The notes under the pieces: model-generated
Seen by the model: only the letters and a program-made list of their open reading frames with translations
The model's database searches: none
What the model was told of the DNA's origin: nothing
Part shown: piece by piece, positions 49,758-64,000 of the stretch
Layout of the letters: each line of letters begins with the position of its first letter
Position numbering within the stretch: position 1 is the stretch's first letter
Position numbers and translations under genes: made by a program
From: Lama guanicoe
Lineage: Eukaryota
Length of the DNA: 64,000 bases
Assembly (NCBI GenBank): GCA_013239625.1
Contig: MU053810.1
Location: 4,434,071 to 4,498,070 of the forward strand
Reading direction: 5' to 3'

Positions 49758-51912
49758 TGTAGAACATCCTTCCAGATAATTAAAAAAAAATTTTTTATTA
49801 AGTCCACAAAAGTTTTCTTTCTCCCTCCAACACAGATGAGCTGGAGCTCCACATATGACTTACACACCGTCTTCTGGATTCCTGTCTTTATCTCTTTTCT
49901 TTTCTTCTTTTTTTTTTTTTTTTTGGAGGAAAGATAATTCGGTTTAGTTATATATTCTTTATCCCTTTTCATTGTTCATGCTGTCACTACACTGGACTTA
50001 GGGAAACATGTGCCCCACCAAGTAAATTCTTGCACAAAGATGTGGACATGGAAAGAGATGGTGTGGAACTTATTTTTAGAGGATGTTTAACACCAGTTTG
50101 TAACATAAAGGATGGATACAGAGAGCAAATAACTAGAGTCATTGAGATTAATATAGAGTTGATGCTTTGTTAATGGGATTGCTAGATTACTAGAGTAAGA
50201 CTCCTCTGCTAGGCAGTGGTGTCCTCACTGTCACCCTAAAGAGTGGTCTTAAAGGTACATCTTGAGATACTTGATATTTGCGGTTTTGTATTTTTCTGTG
50301 GGGTCAGTGGGCAGGGCTCTGTGGCCGTGATGGGGCGTACTAGAGGGCTGCTTTCATTATATGTACGATTTAATATTCCTGAGCCAACTGGTGTCTTCAT
50401 AACATATTTTGAGATGTGCCATCCTTAGAAGAATATTTTCAAATGGGGAAGGGGTGGAAGGGGAAAGAAAACACTGGTGACATTTTAAATTAATTTTTCG
50501 GAATGAACTCACAGAGTGCCCGTAGGTGGAAACTGTTTGTCTCAGATTAGGAATCAGGAGGTGGATGTGGAAAGATGCAGGGAGGAAACAAAGAGGGAAA
50601 GAAGCCTGTATTGCAGGCTTTACCTGGTCCTGGAGGTAAGACGTGATTGAAACAGGGACTGTGACAACCAGAGCACAGGCGCGCTGTTGACCTGCTGCCC
50701 ACAAGCCATCCCCGCTGGTGGGGTTATTGCAGAATAACAGAGTTCTCTGCAGAGGAGCAGCCGCCCATGTGGGCTCATTGCTGAGCACATACTGCTGAGT
50801 CTGGAAAACCAAGAGCCTTAACAAGTAAATTCCACACCCCCTCGAATTTGTGCCTCAATCGGAAAGCCTCAGCAGGAAATCCTCCATATGTTTTCCTTTA
50901 CTACAAGGAACTTCAGAGAATGAGTTCATTTCTCTTCAAACACGCTCGCATTGCTGTAAATCAGCACTGGCCAGATAATGAGAAATGTCACCAGGAATAG
51001 GAGGGGACGCCTACCAGCGGAGATAGGGGAGCAGTTGCACTTCTGAATTAGATATTAGTTTGGGAGAGGTTTTATTTTTCCCTTTGCTGCTTACATTGTG
51101 GACTTTGTGGGCTTTTTTTTTTTTAAAGGACAATCTTTTGCTTTGGACTGTTTCCTAGAACTTGGATACCTGGAGAAAAAAATATCAAAGGAATATTTCT
51201 CAAAGATTTGTCCTATGGAAGCACAGAGGTCCCTGAGGACCAAAGGATTGTAGCTCAGATTAGTCCTTGCTCTTTAGCAAAAAAGCCAAATGTGAAATTC
51301 AGGATTACTTTAAAAGTATCACTGCAAGTAAGTACTTTGTCTTTGTTTTCTTTTCTTCCTTCTTAATCCTCTAATAAGCATCTTTTTTGCATGTTGTAAT
51401 CTCAGTGAAGTTACCAGTTGGACTCTAAAGAGAAGTAAAGTAATTTGCTAGCTCATAAATTAATTACAAGATGAGATAAGACGTGTTCTGCTCTTAATTC
51501 TGTTTAACAGGTAGCAGGTAATATTTATAGCAATGTTTGTGTTTTTATGCCAAGAATTATTTAATTTCATTAATGCTTCAAGTGAGTATCTTTTGCCTCA
51601 TTTCCTCCGGTAATATAAACTCTATTTTAAATTGGAAAATAAGCCAGTAAAAATGTCTTCTGAAAAGAGCATTGTCGCCCCAGCAAGCAAATCGGCTTTT
51701 GTCAACTTCTCTGGACTATTTCAGGAGAATTTGCTAAAGGATCTGTAAATCTACAGAGTAAAATTTGCTACAGCTCTGATTCTTGTGAATCCCCCACCTT
51801 TTAAAAATGGGATGAAATGGTAAATGTGAAAAAAAAAATGCTTACTCAGTGGCAAAAGGGCATTGAAACATTAAAATATTTCAGCTGCAAATACCTTTTC
51901 TTGATTACACAA

Positions 51913-52057
51913 TTTTTTTTTCTTTTTTCCTTTCCTTTTGGTTGGGGGAGGTAATTAGGTCTGTTTGTTTATTTATTCTTAGAGGAGGTACTGGGGATTG
52001 AACCCAGGACCTCATGCATGCTAAGCATACACTCTACCACTGAGCTATCCTCTCCTT
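51913..52057 (-). mobile_element. Camelid tRNA-derived SINE (vic-1 type)
   Basis: gggggaggtaattagg...gaggtactggggattgaacccaggacctcatgcatgctaagca...ctaccactgagcta with T-rich tail. Confidence 0.88.
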
Positions 52058-53048
52058 CTGATGACAGTATTAAGTTGAGCACTAGCAATGCATTTGCTGT
52101 TGCCTGCTCAAGACTCCAGGAGTCAAGAGCTGTCAAGCTGATCTAGCATATGGTTAGATGGTGCACAAATCATCAGAGAGGCAACCAGAAGTGGCCAGAA
52201 TACCCTGTTTCCCTCCAGATGCCTAATTTCCACCACCCGTCCTTCTGCCCTCCCCTCCCGATGTGGTAGCCGCAGCAATTTGTTCATGGAGAAGTCCTGC
52301 TACCTCTCCAGCAATCGTAAACAAAGGGCTGGCGGCTTTCAAAGTCAAGCCTTGTCTAGTTGATATTTGGACAAAAATAAACACAGGAATGATCTGTGTT
52401 TTCTCTGCACCCCAGTTCCCGCACTGCCCCCCCCAAAGCCATCATCTGGACCAGAGCTTTCTGCACATCTGCTGGTTCTGAAACAATGTATTCAAAAGAA
52501 AGATAATGGTGAAAACCTCTTCCGTGAGTGGACACAGTTGCATTCCTTCCTCCCTCCAATTTCCCCTGGTCTACAGAGACTGGCTGTCTTGGCCTCTTGG
52601 AAACATGATTCCTGTTCATCAGTGGTTGCCAAAGCCAAGCGCTCCCAGCACTGGCCTTGTTACTGTGTAGCCCATCAGTTAAAGATCATTATCTGCCAAG
52701 CCATCTGTTATTTTCCCTTAGGAGATGGTGTTATTTCAGTTCTATAGGTATCTTTTAAATTCCCCCCTACCTGTTGTGTAGTAGCTAAATGTAGTCCAAG
52801 GGTTAAGTCCTGTTGAGAGCAACGGGAATCTCTGTCCCACTTTTGAAAGTGTTAGTGGAAATGGGGTAATTTTGGGTGGCTCAAAAGGGTGGGGGTAAAC
52901 TGGGAACTGCAAAAAATATAGCCAAGTGAGAGTCTGCTCTTTGACATCCTGAATGGTTGTTGCTTTTAGAGGAGTTACTTGCTTCCTGATTTAGCTGTGC
53001 CTAAGGATTTGTGCTGCTTTTATGGGGCATAGGGTTGCCCCTTTATAG

Positions 53049-53114
53049 ATACTGGCTACCCACCAGTGATGGTGGATTGGGGCTCCACCCTTATGAAGGA
53101 AAGCCATGAAGAAG
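53049..53114 (+). other. Candidate spliced exon of an unidentified host gene
   Basis: Perfect donor AAG|GTGAGT at 53114/53115; possible acceptor ttgccctttatag ending 53048; 66 bp with one open frame. Confidence 0.25.
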
Positions 53115-54539
53115 GTGAGTTTTCCTACTCGTCATGCTCCTCCTTTATCAATTTAGAAAATGTTCAGTAGATTTTGCCTTCTTTAAGTGGTCCATTATCT
53201 ACCTGCTGACAGTGGACCTCTTATGACTTCTTCCCCCACCACCAATGGAAATTACATTGCTGAATTTCAAAAGCCATCAGGTCATCAACCTCGGGGAACT
53301 TCCTTTGTAAAGAGAAAATTCAATTTGCTTTGAGCATCTCTTTTTATAAACTTAAGTCTTGGACAGATCTGAAGTATTGTGTCCTGTAGTACATATGTCC
53401 TGTGAAGTACTATGTCCTGTAATGACAATGATGATGAGATGATGATGATATCTAAGTACTGATTGCCATCTTTTGCAAGGTGTGATACTGAATGTTCTGT
53501 GACACTTGAGACTTTGTATCTTCCCTGCCTTACCTGTAATGCAGCTAGTGTAGACAGCCTCCTTCACATATTTCAATGGATGAGGAGCTAAAAAGATCTA
53601 AGAATGTTCCTATCAACTAGCATCCTGTATCTTTCTGTTTGTTGCCGTTGTTGTATCTTTCTTTCCACTGTCTAACCACCAAGGTTATGGACTGTCCAAG
53701 CTCCTTTCTGTGTTACTTCAATTCATGGATAATATTTCTGGCAGAACATAGGTAGCAGGCTGGGGTGGAGCAAGAAGAGAAACTGGGGCTTCAACAGTGA
53801 GCTTTAGTACACGTATTAGAAATGGCTTTCATTTCTCTCTGCTCTGCATTAGACTCTATATGGAGTGTGACTTCACCCCAAGTCATGCTTCTCTGTGCTT
53901 CACTTTCTGCAGGGTTACGGGGATAATTAAACTTTGTTGGCTAAAAGCATCAAAATCATGGGGAGAAAACAGCACATTCATGAGCATATGTGTTTTAATT
54001 GCTTGTGTTGGGTCAGGTTCTCGCTGGGGACAAATAAGACACTTAGAAGATACAATAAAGTCTTTCAAGTTACCAGAAGGTGGGGAATATGGAGGGAGAT
54101 TGTTGTTTTGCAGTTGTAAAACATATATTTTAAGTAAGGTTTACTATTAATATCTACTGTTACAAAACTTTATTGACATATGACAAATTGAGACAAGCTG
54201 GTTTGTAGATTATCATTCAGGACCAGTGGCATATGAAATAATGAATAAATGAATGAAGAAAGAATACATTTATAAATTGGGGAATGGAAGTCATTTGGGG
54301 ATTTAATAACACTTTTTTTGGTTGTTTCTATATTGTTTCTAACCTGGGTCATGGGAACATTTTAAGCTAATTTGCATCCTTGACTACATCTTTGACTTAA
54401 TGATTGTTTAGTGAGTATCATTAAGGGCATCATTTTCTGGAATAATCCATGATTACATTTGGGAGCAGATGTAGTGTACTTTGAAGATGGCATCCACGAA
54501 GAGAGAAAAAATTGAATTCAGAAACACTGTCCTCTCACA

Positions 54540-54705
54540 ACTTTAGAGTCACAGAAACCTGAAACTAGAGTCGATTTTGGATTGTCTTATCCAACTCCTT
54601 TACATTCTATATGAGGAAACTGAAGTCAAAAAGTGATTTTACACATCACTAATTAGCCACAGAACTAGATGAGAAGTCTAGCCTCTGGCTTCCAAATCCA
54701 ATGGC
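54540..54705 (-). mobile_element. MIR/MIR3 fragment
   Basis: ccaactccttttacattctatatgaggaaactgaagtc. Confidence 0.6.
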
Positions 54706-54789
54706 TTTTTTGTTTACTTTTCAATTCTGTTTTTAGTATATTTTTTTGATGATTAAAAAATAAAGATATGCCTCCATGATCATAGTAAT

Positions 54790-56890
54790 TGCAGGGCTCT
54801 TTTGCCTTTTAAATATCTTAATATAAAATATCTAAAACACACAAAAATAATATCATAACTATCTGCAAATCCACCATCAAGATTAAATATACGTTACTTT
54901 GCCATCTTTACTTAAGATAATGTGTAAAATAAAATGAAACACATTACAAATACAGTCAAAGCACTACTCCCACCTTTCTCTCCCCCTTCCCTCCCAAGAG
55001 ATAATTATCCTAAAATTCCTATATATGATTCCCATGCACTTGAGTGTTTTTACTATGTGTGTGTATGTGTGTATATGTGTTGAGGGGGTGGGCTGTTAGA
55101 TCCAGATATGAATGTATCTATATGTAGTTATAGCTAATATCTATTTGTGGTCATACTATTGCTTTGTGTTCAATTTTTAAATATGTAAAGCATTGTCTTT
55201 ATTTATATATTCTTTAAACTTTTAATTCAGGGTTGTTTTGGAGATGTATCCATGTCGATACATAGGTATCTGGTCAATTTTATTTTAACTGCAGAATAGT
55301 ACCATGTTGCATAAATAATCAAAGGCTGATTTATCCATTTTCTTATTGAGGGAAATGTGATTGTCTCTGCAGTTTTGCTAAACAGTACTGCAATGGTCCT
55401 TGTACACATCTTCTTATACTTATGCTAGAATTTCTCAAGAAGAGTTCAACCTAGAAGTTGAATTGTCAGGTCACAGGGATACACATCTTCACTAGAGACT
55501 GTTAAATTGTTCTCCAAACTGCTGGTTTATCTGACCACCGACAATGTTGAGCAGTAGTTCTAAACTCTCTGCACGATCACCTAGGTGCATTTTAAAATTA
55601 ATCAATTCCTAAGTCCCACCCCAGACCCAATTAAATCAGAGTCTCTGGGGATGGGAACCAGGGCTGGTATTTCATTGCAGTTCCCTGGGTGATTCTAATG
55701 TACGTCTAGGGTTAAGAACCACTGATTTAGCATTTCTGTTTCCCCACATCTTTTCCAGTATTTGGTATTATCAGACATTCTGTTTTACTAATCTCTTGGT
55801 TGCCAAGGACTTTCTCATTGCTGGTGAAGCTAAGTGTATTTGTATAATATTATTGACCATTCCAGTGCCTTCCATTGAGAATTATGTGTGGTATATTTCA
55901 CCCATTTTTCTTTCTTTAAATGCCTTTTATTATTGATTTATGGGCACTTTCTTCATATTCTGGACAGTAATTGTGAGAAAGGGCTATATAATTGACAAAT
56001 ATCTACCCTAGTCAATAATTTATCTTTTCACTTACTTGTGGTATCTTTTATCATGTATAGAAGTTTAAAATTTTTAATATAGTTAAATCTGTCAATGTTT
56101 TTCTTTATGGTTTGTACAATGGGAAATCTTAAGTGTTTTCCCACATGATTTAATAAAACTATTTTTCTATATTGTCTTCAAAATGTTTTACAGTTATACT
56201 TTTTCCCAATGAGATCTTTAATCTGTCTAGAATTTATACTTCTGTATGGTGCAACATTTGAGCAAAGTTTATCTTTCCTTTTTTTTTGGTTCTAGTACAG
56301 TTTACTAACTAATCCACGAGTCCACCTTTTCACAGTGATACTTAATGCTATTGAGACCTCGTACATCTTTTTTCCAGTCTTTCCTTGTACCAATACTATG
56401 TTTTAATTATTACAGTCTTATAATAAATGAGCCCTTTTAAACTATTTTTTCACAAGTATGTATTGTTCCTGATTATTCACAGTACCATATGAATGTATAT
56501 GCATCACCATTTCAAGTTACATGGAAGACAGTGTTGGGATTTGGCTTATGATTACATTGAATTTATAGATTATTGGGGAATGATTTCTCTAACTAAATTT
56601 GAATGTCCCCATTCAAGGACATAATTTAGCTCTCCATTTATTGAAGCTGACTTTCATGTCTTTCAATATATTTTACAATTTTCCCTACAAATATCTTCCA
56701 CATGTTTGTTAGATTCATTGCCAGGGACCTTATAATTATTGTTGAAGTGAGTTATTTTTATTGGAAATTTAATTTTTTCTGAAATATTTTAACTACTGGC
56801 TGACAGTTTGTAGAAACATAATAGATTTTTAAAATTTTTATTTATTTTAATTTTTTCCATAATAGATTTTTGTTTAACTCTTGTTTCCAA
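54790..56890 (-). mobile_element. Old L1ME-type element (3'UTR and ORF2 3' region), interrupted by MER5A
   Basis: tatccatgtcgatacata...tttattttaactgcagaatagtacc...tgttgggatttggcttatgattacattgaatttatagatt. Confidence 0.75.
55552..55725. mobile_element. MER5A (hAT-Charlie) DNA transposon
   Basis: TIRs cagtagttctaaa ... ttaagaaccactg; internal cccaccccagacccaattaaatcagagtctctgggg...ggtgattctaatg. Confidence 0.88.
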
Positions 56891-59800
56891 CCATGTTGAA
56901 CTCCCAACAAATCTTACAGCCTGTGTGTAGCTTTGTAACAAAATCCTAGGAATCAAAGTTGCCTAATCTCCCCAAAATGTTCTCCCATTCTCTCTACCAT
57001 TCACCATAACATTCTAGCAAGTCCACAGATATTATGGGGGCTGTATTCAACTTTTTTTGCTGTTAATATTTCTTGATCTGATTTGTCCACACATAATTTT
57101 CATGACACATCAAAGAATACACTGCCAAACAAAATAATTAGCCTACTAAAGAGAATGTTAATTATTGAATGCTATGACATATTTCAAAATATACACTGTT
57201 GGGAGTTTTTATAACTTCCATTGAACATGCTATGATTTTGACATATATTGCCCCAAAATTCTGTTTGGAAGGAACAAGTTAGTCATAACTCATGGTTGAA
57301 ATAAAAATAAAGGATTCATTAAAAAAACAACATAGCAAATATTCTTTCAGCACTTGATACTCAAAAGTTATTTCTGAAACCTCCCCATATTTAGATTAAA
57401 TCTCTAAAACAAATTATTATAAAAATAGACCCATCTCCTCACTGGATTTCATTTCGTGTTTGGACTGAGGTGGAGTCAGTTGTTAGCTGCATGATCAGAG
57501 CACAGACGCTGAGTCTTTTTATTTACTTAATTAAGAATCGCCGTTTCAAACCCTCATCAGTGGTTTCCAATGGCAGTAATCCCTGCCCAAACAGTTGTTC
57601 CTCTGGATCCTAAGTATTTTGCCAGAACATTAACTTCGACTTGACCCCTGATGGTAACAGGAGAGATATACAAGGGTCAGTAATCATTTCTAGAAGACTA
57701 TCAAGTATGGACTGTACCCTGGCTTATGTAACTTGACTTTAAAAATAATTATAATGTGTTTTTCCTTTTAAATGACTCAGATCAGCAAGGCTTATGAAAA
57801 TATTTAAATCCTTATCAGTTGGAATGAAAAGGGCTGGCTCCCAAAAGTGCTGACCTTAGAATTTTTGTGCTGGTTTGTTGATGCTGCGTGCTGATGCACA
57901 TGACCTGCTGATGTGTGGCTTGGCATGCCACCGAGGCTTTTTCACCCCTGCTGGATGTGAAAAGGCTTCCAGGCCCCTCCATGTGCTGCAGCACATTGCT
58001 CCAGCTCTCCAACAAAGCTGTTAATTGGCGTCTGTGACTAACAAGCATACAGTCCCAGGAGCAATGGAGCAGTCTTCCATCACCCGTTAAGATGAGCTCT
58101 CAGCCCCAAGCTTATCAATTCTGAACCAGGAGAAGCTAAGACCAAAGGCTTGAGATAAGACAGTCACTGGCAGTTTCATAAACTGCATTCATAATTCTGC
58201 ATTAATAATAAACGCTGCACCTTTAGCATTATTACCTAAGCTGTCATAACCAAGACCCTCACTGGGCTGAGCTGTTAAAGGCAATGTACCTCTTTTCAGG
58301 AGAATTCAAATTAAACTTGCTTTACCCAAAGTTTAGTCTGAGAACTTTTCTCCAAGTCCTCTTCCCCCTCTTTGTGTAGGGAAGTGATCTCATGCTGCCT
58401 GAGGTCATGTGGGATGACGTAGGTGCTGGAGGTGGGCCATGCTGAGCTGGTGAGAAATGTGCAGAAAATCTTGGTGCAGATGGTTCTGCTTTGGGATTTC
58501 AGTTATTTTTGCTTTTTAATTTAAACTTTCAATTATGTGCCTTGCTGCCACGTAATAGGGGAATAAGGAGATTAGAGGAGAAACAGGATGAAGAACTCAT
58601 AGTTGTTACCTGCTATTTGTTGTATTTGGTCAAGGATGTCAGATAAATAAAATCATTAATGTCAGAAAGTTGCTGGGACTGGGGGTGACAGGGAAGGGAA
58701 GGTCACATTCCTTCCCTAAGACCTTAGCCTTGATGTATGAAAGGACACTTGAAGATCTCACTTAGCCACTGGTATATTATAGACTTCATATTTCTAGGTG
58801 ACATAAGTGAATACGGGAACATATTCAATAAAAATAATTTCAATGTCTTTAAAGTATATAATCATTAATTTTTAATTCTAAGACTGTTATATTCTTCTCC
58901 ACTCCCATTGGTGACCGTGATTCTTCACAGCCCTCCCTCTGCCATGTGACTCTACCATTTCTTGTCCTCTGTGTTTGTATCCGACCATTTCTACTTCTCT
59001 GTCTCATTTATTTCACACTGAGTTTTGCTCATCCCTGGAGACCTGGCTTAAACGTCCTTTCATCCTGTCCAGACTGAGCATCTCGTTCCAGTTTTCCATC
59101 GAGTTCTTTCTTTCCTTTTGTATGGCATTCCATTGGCCCATGGTTGTGCCTAATCAGGTCCAGATTCACAGTCACTGGTCACTGGCCCCATGGGTCTCTG
59201 CCCATATACCCTGTCCCACCCATATGCCCAATAGCTTTGACTCCCCCTGCCTCCTTCTTCCTTTCTAATAGGGTCTGCATCCTGAGCATCTACAGACTCA
59301 TCGAGAAACTTGTTGATCATTCTCCCCTGCCATCTCTCACACAAATTATTTCTTTTCATACCCTCTCTGCTCTCAGTCCATCAATTATAGCTTAACCTTT
59401 CAATGCAAACTTACTTGCTTTGGGACCACTGGGTATCTGATGTATAACTTGAGCAACACTCCTTTGCTATATTAAAATGTGTGTGATTGCCATGCATTGG
59501 GAAGGCTGTATTTCATTATTGCTGGATACCAGATTCCTGTAGCATCTTGTGTGAATCCATGAACTATTAATTTGCATAGTACATACCTCAGCAGCTGATG
59601 GTGGTATCCAACTCCCTAAAGAACTTCTAGCAAATATATACCTGTAATATAGAGTTGGCAGAGTACCATGGTGTTCCCGTGTTACACTTTAAGAACTGAA
59701 AACTACAAAGAAACAAGTATCCAGGAAACAACCCAAACGGCATCCAGATGCTCATAAAAATCAGAACATCTCCATTGGAATTACTTTTTCATGCACCTAA

Positions 59801-61004
59801 TGACTGACATATATAAACTGTCAATAAGCATTAAATCTATCACCATTGGAATATGTTTTTAATATCATATAATTGATCATTATCATCAACTTTTCCCATC
59901 AATTTTTCTGCAAAATCTATAACTGTTTTATAGTTCCTTCAAGAATCCCAAGACCATTGTGAAATCAGTGTAGCAGTTGGTGGTCACAACTTAAACTGAC
60001 GTTCTTTACCCTAAAGGTGTGAGTTTCCATCCTCCCTTGATATACGTAAAAGATACAAAGTTAACATTTTTCAAGATTGATGAAACAATGACAACAGTTC
60101 TTCCCCATGGAAGAATGAGAATACATATCTTTAAATTACTACACGAATGACTGAATTCAAACATAAAGAATTATTCCAGTTCAGTGTTATTGAATATTGA
60201 AACATAATAGTACAAGATACGCAATCACCTTCCTTATGTTTTATTAAAAACAGGTTAACACTGTGAGATCCAAGGTGGATTTGGAGACTACTTTAAGCTC
60301 TACAAACCTAGGATATTACACTTATGGATAATAGTTCCCCTGTTCTTTGATTACATGATTTTTTTCAAGGTATTTTTAACTTTAGAACACTGAAGCAAAG
60401 ATGTTCAAATTCAACCTTGGAATTTAATACATCATTTCTCTCACCAGAGACATTTCACTGATCCTGTGTTATTTAAAGGCCAAATAGAACTGTTATGGTG
60501 CAAATCTGAAAAGAATGTCAGAACAAATGCAGTATGGAGATCACATTTTCACAGAAATGATGATTCCAAGTCTTGTAATTTAATTTGCATGGTTGAATGA
60601 ACCTGTCTTTCTCCTGCTCCAAAAATACAGCCTACCACATCCCAAACTGCAGCCCTACAAAAAAGAGGCCAAGTCCCTAAGTTAGCATTCTGCAATAGTG
60701 CCTACTCCACAACTTCATACCCAGTAACAATTTTTTAATTAAAAATGAATTCTAAGCCCACAAGCCTGTCCTTTTTGAGAAAATGGTGGGAGAAGAAAAG
60801 AATTACTCTATTTTTTTTAACTAAAAATGAAGAGACTTAAGAAGAGCTGTGAGATTTATATTTCAGGTGGGGAGCATGTGAACTGTCATAGAAAGAAATA
60901 AATGGTGTTACCTGGAACCCAAGGAAATAACACTGTTGGCACTTTTTCAGGGAATTTGAAAAAAATTCTTCCTAGGCGAATTTCCCTAGGTTGCTTTGAA
61001 TGAG

Positions 61005-61410
61005 TATGTTATTAGGATCTAGCTCTCTGTGTCAGTGGGCACAGTTCTGAAAGAGACAGTATCCACATTATCACTAAAAGATGTGTTTATTACTCACAAC
61101 ATAGTCCAACAGTGTAAGGATGAGGAGAGTGAGGGTTCTGCTCTAAACCATCACTCAGGGACCCAACATGTGGCTTTGCAGTTTCTAGAGCCTGTTTTCT
61201 CTACATTCAGTCTGCCAATGGGAGCCCATCACAGAGGGTTTCAGGGGGGTTTCCTAGAGCCAGAGCTGGTCATGGTATATACCCCTTCTGCCATCATCCC
61301 ATTGACTAGAATTCAATCCTATGACCCCATTTAACTGCAGGGGAGACTGAAAAATGAAACCTAAATGGCTGCCAAGAGGAAAAAGAAATAAGATGTGATG
61401 AATACCTGAG
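61005..61410 (-). mobile_element. Old MaLR LTR (MLT1J/K-like)
   Basis: tctgccatcatcccattgactagaattcaatcctatgaccccatttaactgcaggggagactgaaaaatg. Confidence 0.55.
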
Positions 61411-63164
61411 CAATCTCTGTCCCATCTTCAATAGTTTTGACTCGGGGTTGAGTAACAGGGTATGTGAAAATAGCCCCTTGGTTGGTCCTGAATGCTGGTA
61501 GCTTTAAGAAAATATTGGACCGGGGTGTCCATCCCAGGAAGCTGTACCTATATGTTTCCTACTAGGGAGGGTGCTCAGTTTTAGAGACTGTGAGAAGTGT
61601 AAGGTAAATCAGATATTATCTCTGACTTCAGGCAGTATACGGTCTCCTAAAGGAGCAGGCTGTCTGTGTAACTAGCTATGTTCTAGCTGATATAATGGGA
61701 TGTTAAATTGGAAGTTTCCACTGAGACTCCAAGCTCTAACAGATATGAAATCCCAAAGTTAACTACCAGATCAAGATGCAGATTTTCCCCCCAAAAATCA
61801 AAAATGGGCTCTATAACCTAAAATTTTCTTATCTACAAAGAGGATCTGTCTAAAAGGTTTCTGAGAGTGGAAGCTGGGAGAGGATTGCATGAAGAGGATA
61901 TTTACTTAAAAAACAAGTGTAAAACAAAATTGTAAACCATGCTGTGTTTTCACCCACATCCCTAATAATGAGATCTGAGTGCTTTCTGCCACCTCACCTA
62001 AGTGCTAGTAAGACTGACTGCAACACGACCATCTTGAGAACTTGCCCCCTGTCTCCTGAGGTTGGGAGTGGGGACACAGTAGACTGTTGTATCCCTCAAT
62101 TCTGAGAAATCTGGAAGAGGGTACACCATGACTGGTGAGCTGTTCTGATGTCAGGAGCAAAGGAAAGTTGTCAGGCTAAGATCAGCCGGCATGAGGACAC
62201 CTTAGATTCTGTTCAATATGGCAGCCCAGAGGGGCAATGGGACCTCAACAGAGAAATGCTGAAGGTGGAATGCTAAATACCCAGGGGCTAAGAAAGGAGC
62301 CACAGGCTGTACTAGAACTGCTGTGCCTGAGTCAGTAAGTGAGAGAAGACCTCAGACTGGGAGAATCTCTGAAGACCCCACAAAAGTGATCTTGGAGAGA
62401 AAGAGCTGGCTTTCCACATTGGACATTTTCTCTCATGATGCTGTCCATCAAAGAGATGTTTCCTCTCCCTCTCACCTCTCTTCCATACCTCAACCTGGGG
62501 AGATGGAGGTTGGTCTGAAACAACAATTAGTGAGTGAAGGAGGATGGGAATGAGAAAGATAGAGGAAACCAAACACACTCTTTATGTTGAAGACACCAGC
62601 TTACCTGCAGGCAGTCTTGGATGGGAGATGATGATGGTTAGCTTTGAGTGATGGTTCAAGGGCTGATGAATACTGAGCTAGACATTCTTATCTCTGAAAT
62701 GAGATTGTGTTTTGTAACCAGCAGAGAATGTAGAACCTTTTCTTAACTAGGAATGATCAGCAAAATCATAGTTTTGCGGAGTTTTCATCGGCAACAGGGG
62801 AAGAGCTAATTTCTTTGATCAGGCTTAAAGGGACAGTCACAGGCAAAAGCAGTGCTCTTTCATGACTGCAGCTGACATAGCTGGTTTGATCAGTGTGCCG
62901 TTTACATTTGAATTCTGGTGAAGTGCCCCAGGAGAAGTACAAATAAAGAGCTCTGAGAGGTCAAGTAAAAAGTGCTCGCTTCTAGCTGGAGTGGAAGTGT
63001 GCCCAAGGAAAGGATGCATGGAGAAGGAGGCACATGCATCAGACCTTAAAGATAGTGATTTAAATGTGCAGAGATTTGGGATGGAGTGGCTCTGAAGCTT
63101 TGTTAAAAGCATTTCTAGCAGAGCAAACAGCATTGAAAAAACAAGGAATGTGTCAATGTAGATT

Positions 63165-63350
63165 CATCCTTGGTAAAAAAAAAAAAAAAAAAAAAAAAAA
63201 GTACCATTCTGGGGAGTGATACTGATAACAGAGGAGGCTATGCCTGGGTGGGGGCAGGAGGTCAGGGGGGATATGGGAAATCTCCCGACTTCCCACTCAA
63301 TTTGTTGTAAACCTAAAACGACTCTGTAAAAATTGTCTTTAAAAAAAATA
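63165..63350 (+). mobile_element. LINE-1 (L1MB/MC-like) 3' end with an internal poly(A) run
   Basis: gtaccattctggggagtgatactgataacagaggaggctatgc...atatgggaaatctc...ctcaatttgttgtaaacctaaaac. Confidence 0.75.
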
Positions 63351-63789
63351 GGCAAGGAGACAGGGAAACATAGCAGGTGCATGTAGAGTAGCAATTAGTT
63401 CCATTTGGCTGAAGCCAAGCATGGGGCAATAATGGACAGCAAGGTAGAAAGTGTTGGCCTCCAGCTTGGGCGAAAGGCATAAGGCGTGCTTGTCAGCAGG
63501 GAGTCCGCAGAAAAGGCAAGGAAGCAAGGGCGAGGCAGGCGACCGGGGCAAAAGGAGAACCCCTGTGGCTGAGGTGACCTTCGTGGGAGGTAGCCTCATG
63601 TCTACCTTACAGTGTCCAACAAGGTACAAGACGTCGGTTTTTATCTAGGTAGACCGAGTTGATATCAAAGAGGGGCTGTGATGACTAAGGCGTGAAAACA
63701 AGGAATTTTAGGCAATGGGGATGATAAATGCAATAAGTTGTACTTGAAGGTAGTCATTTCATCTTGGAGTAGGGTTGTGAGTCAGGTCT

Positions 63790-63960
63790 GTATAGATGGG
63801 AAAAGCTTCTTTTCAGACGGGCTGCTCCAACACGTCAGTTCTGTGACCTCTGACAAGTAATCTCACTTCTCTAAGCCTCAATTGCTTCATCTATGAAGCA
63901 GTCAGTAATATATGAGCCCTCAATAGACACAAAGATTGTCCAGCATGGTGCCTGGCAACC
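63790..63960 (+). mobile_element. MIR fragment
   Basis: ctgtgacctctgacaagtaatctcacttctctaagcctcaattgcttcatctatgaa. Confidence 0.65.
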
Positions 63961-64000
63961 AGGGAAGCCACCTCTCTTCTCTTCCTTCAAAAGGAGGAGG

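Noticed and set aside
1..64000. A novel multi-gene system (defence, CRISPR or operon-like), or the remaining 60-190 aa ORFs as genes
   Set aside because: This is repeat-rich mammalian non-coding DNA; the ORFs overlap in all frames, often have non-ATG starts and show no recognisable domains apart from L1 ORF2 remnants

Overview
This is mammalian intronic or intergenic DNA, most likely from a camelid (camel, alpaca or llama), judged from three vic-1-type tRNA-derived SINEs. I found no intact protein-coding gene, RNA gene or prokaryote-type system; nearly all listed ORFs are chance or repeat-derived. The background is AT-rich and full of old repeats (L1, L2, MIR, a CR1/L3 RT remnant, MaLR/ERVL LTRs, MER5A/MER58A/MER94-type DNA transposons). 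Two GC-rich processed pseudogenes stand out. One is a near full-length NRL retrocopy (~9658-11470, +) with the coding intron removed, a poly(A) tail and a 16-bp TSD. The other is a TMEM250/C9orf69 retrocopy (~39127-41655, -) inserted inside an L1. The most unusual signal is that both dead copies show strongly A/T->G/C-biased substitutions and keep or gain CpGs instead of decaying. That pattern would fit retrocopy-born CpG islands under GC-biased gene conversion, but it is an inference. Parent-gene and repeat comparisons use sequences recalled from memory, repeat boundaries are approximate, and the host gene could not be identified.
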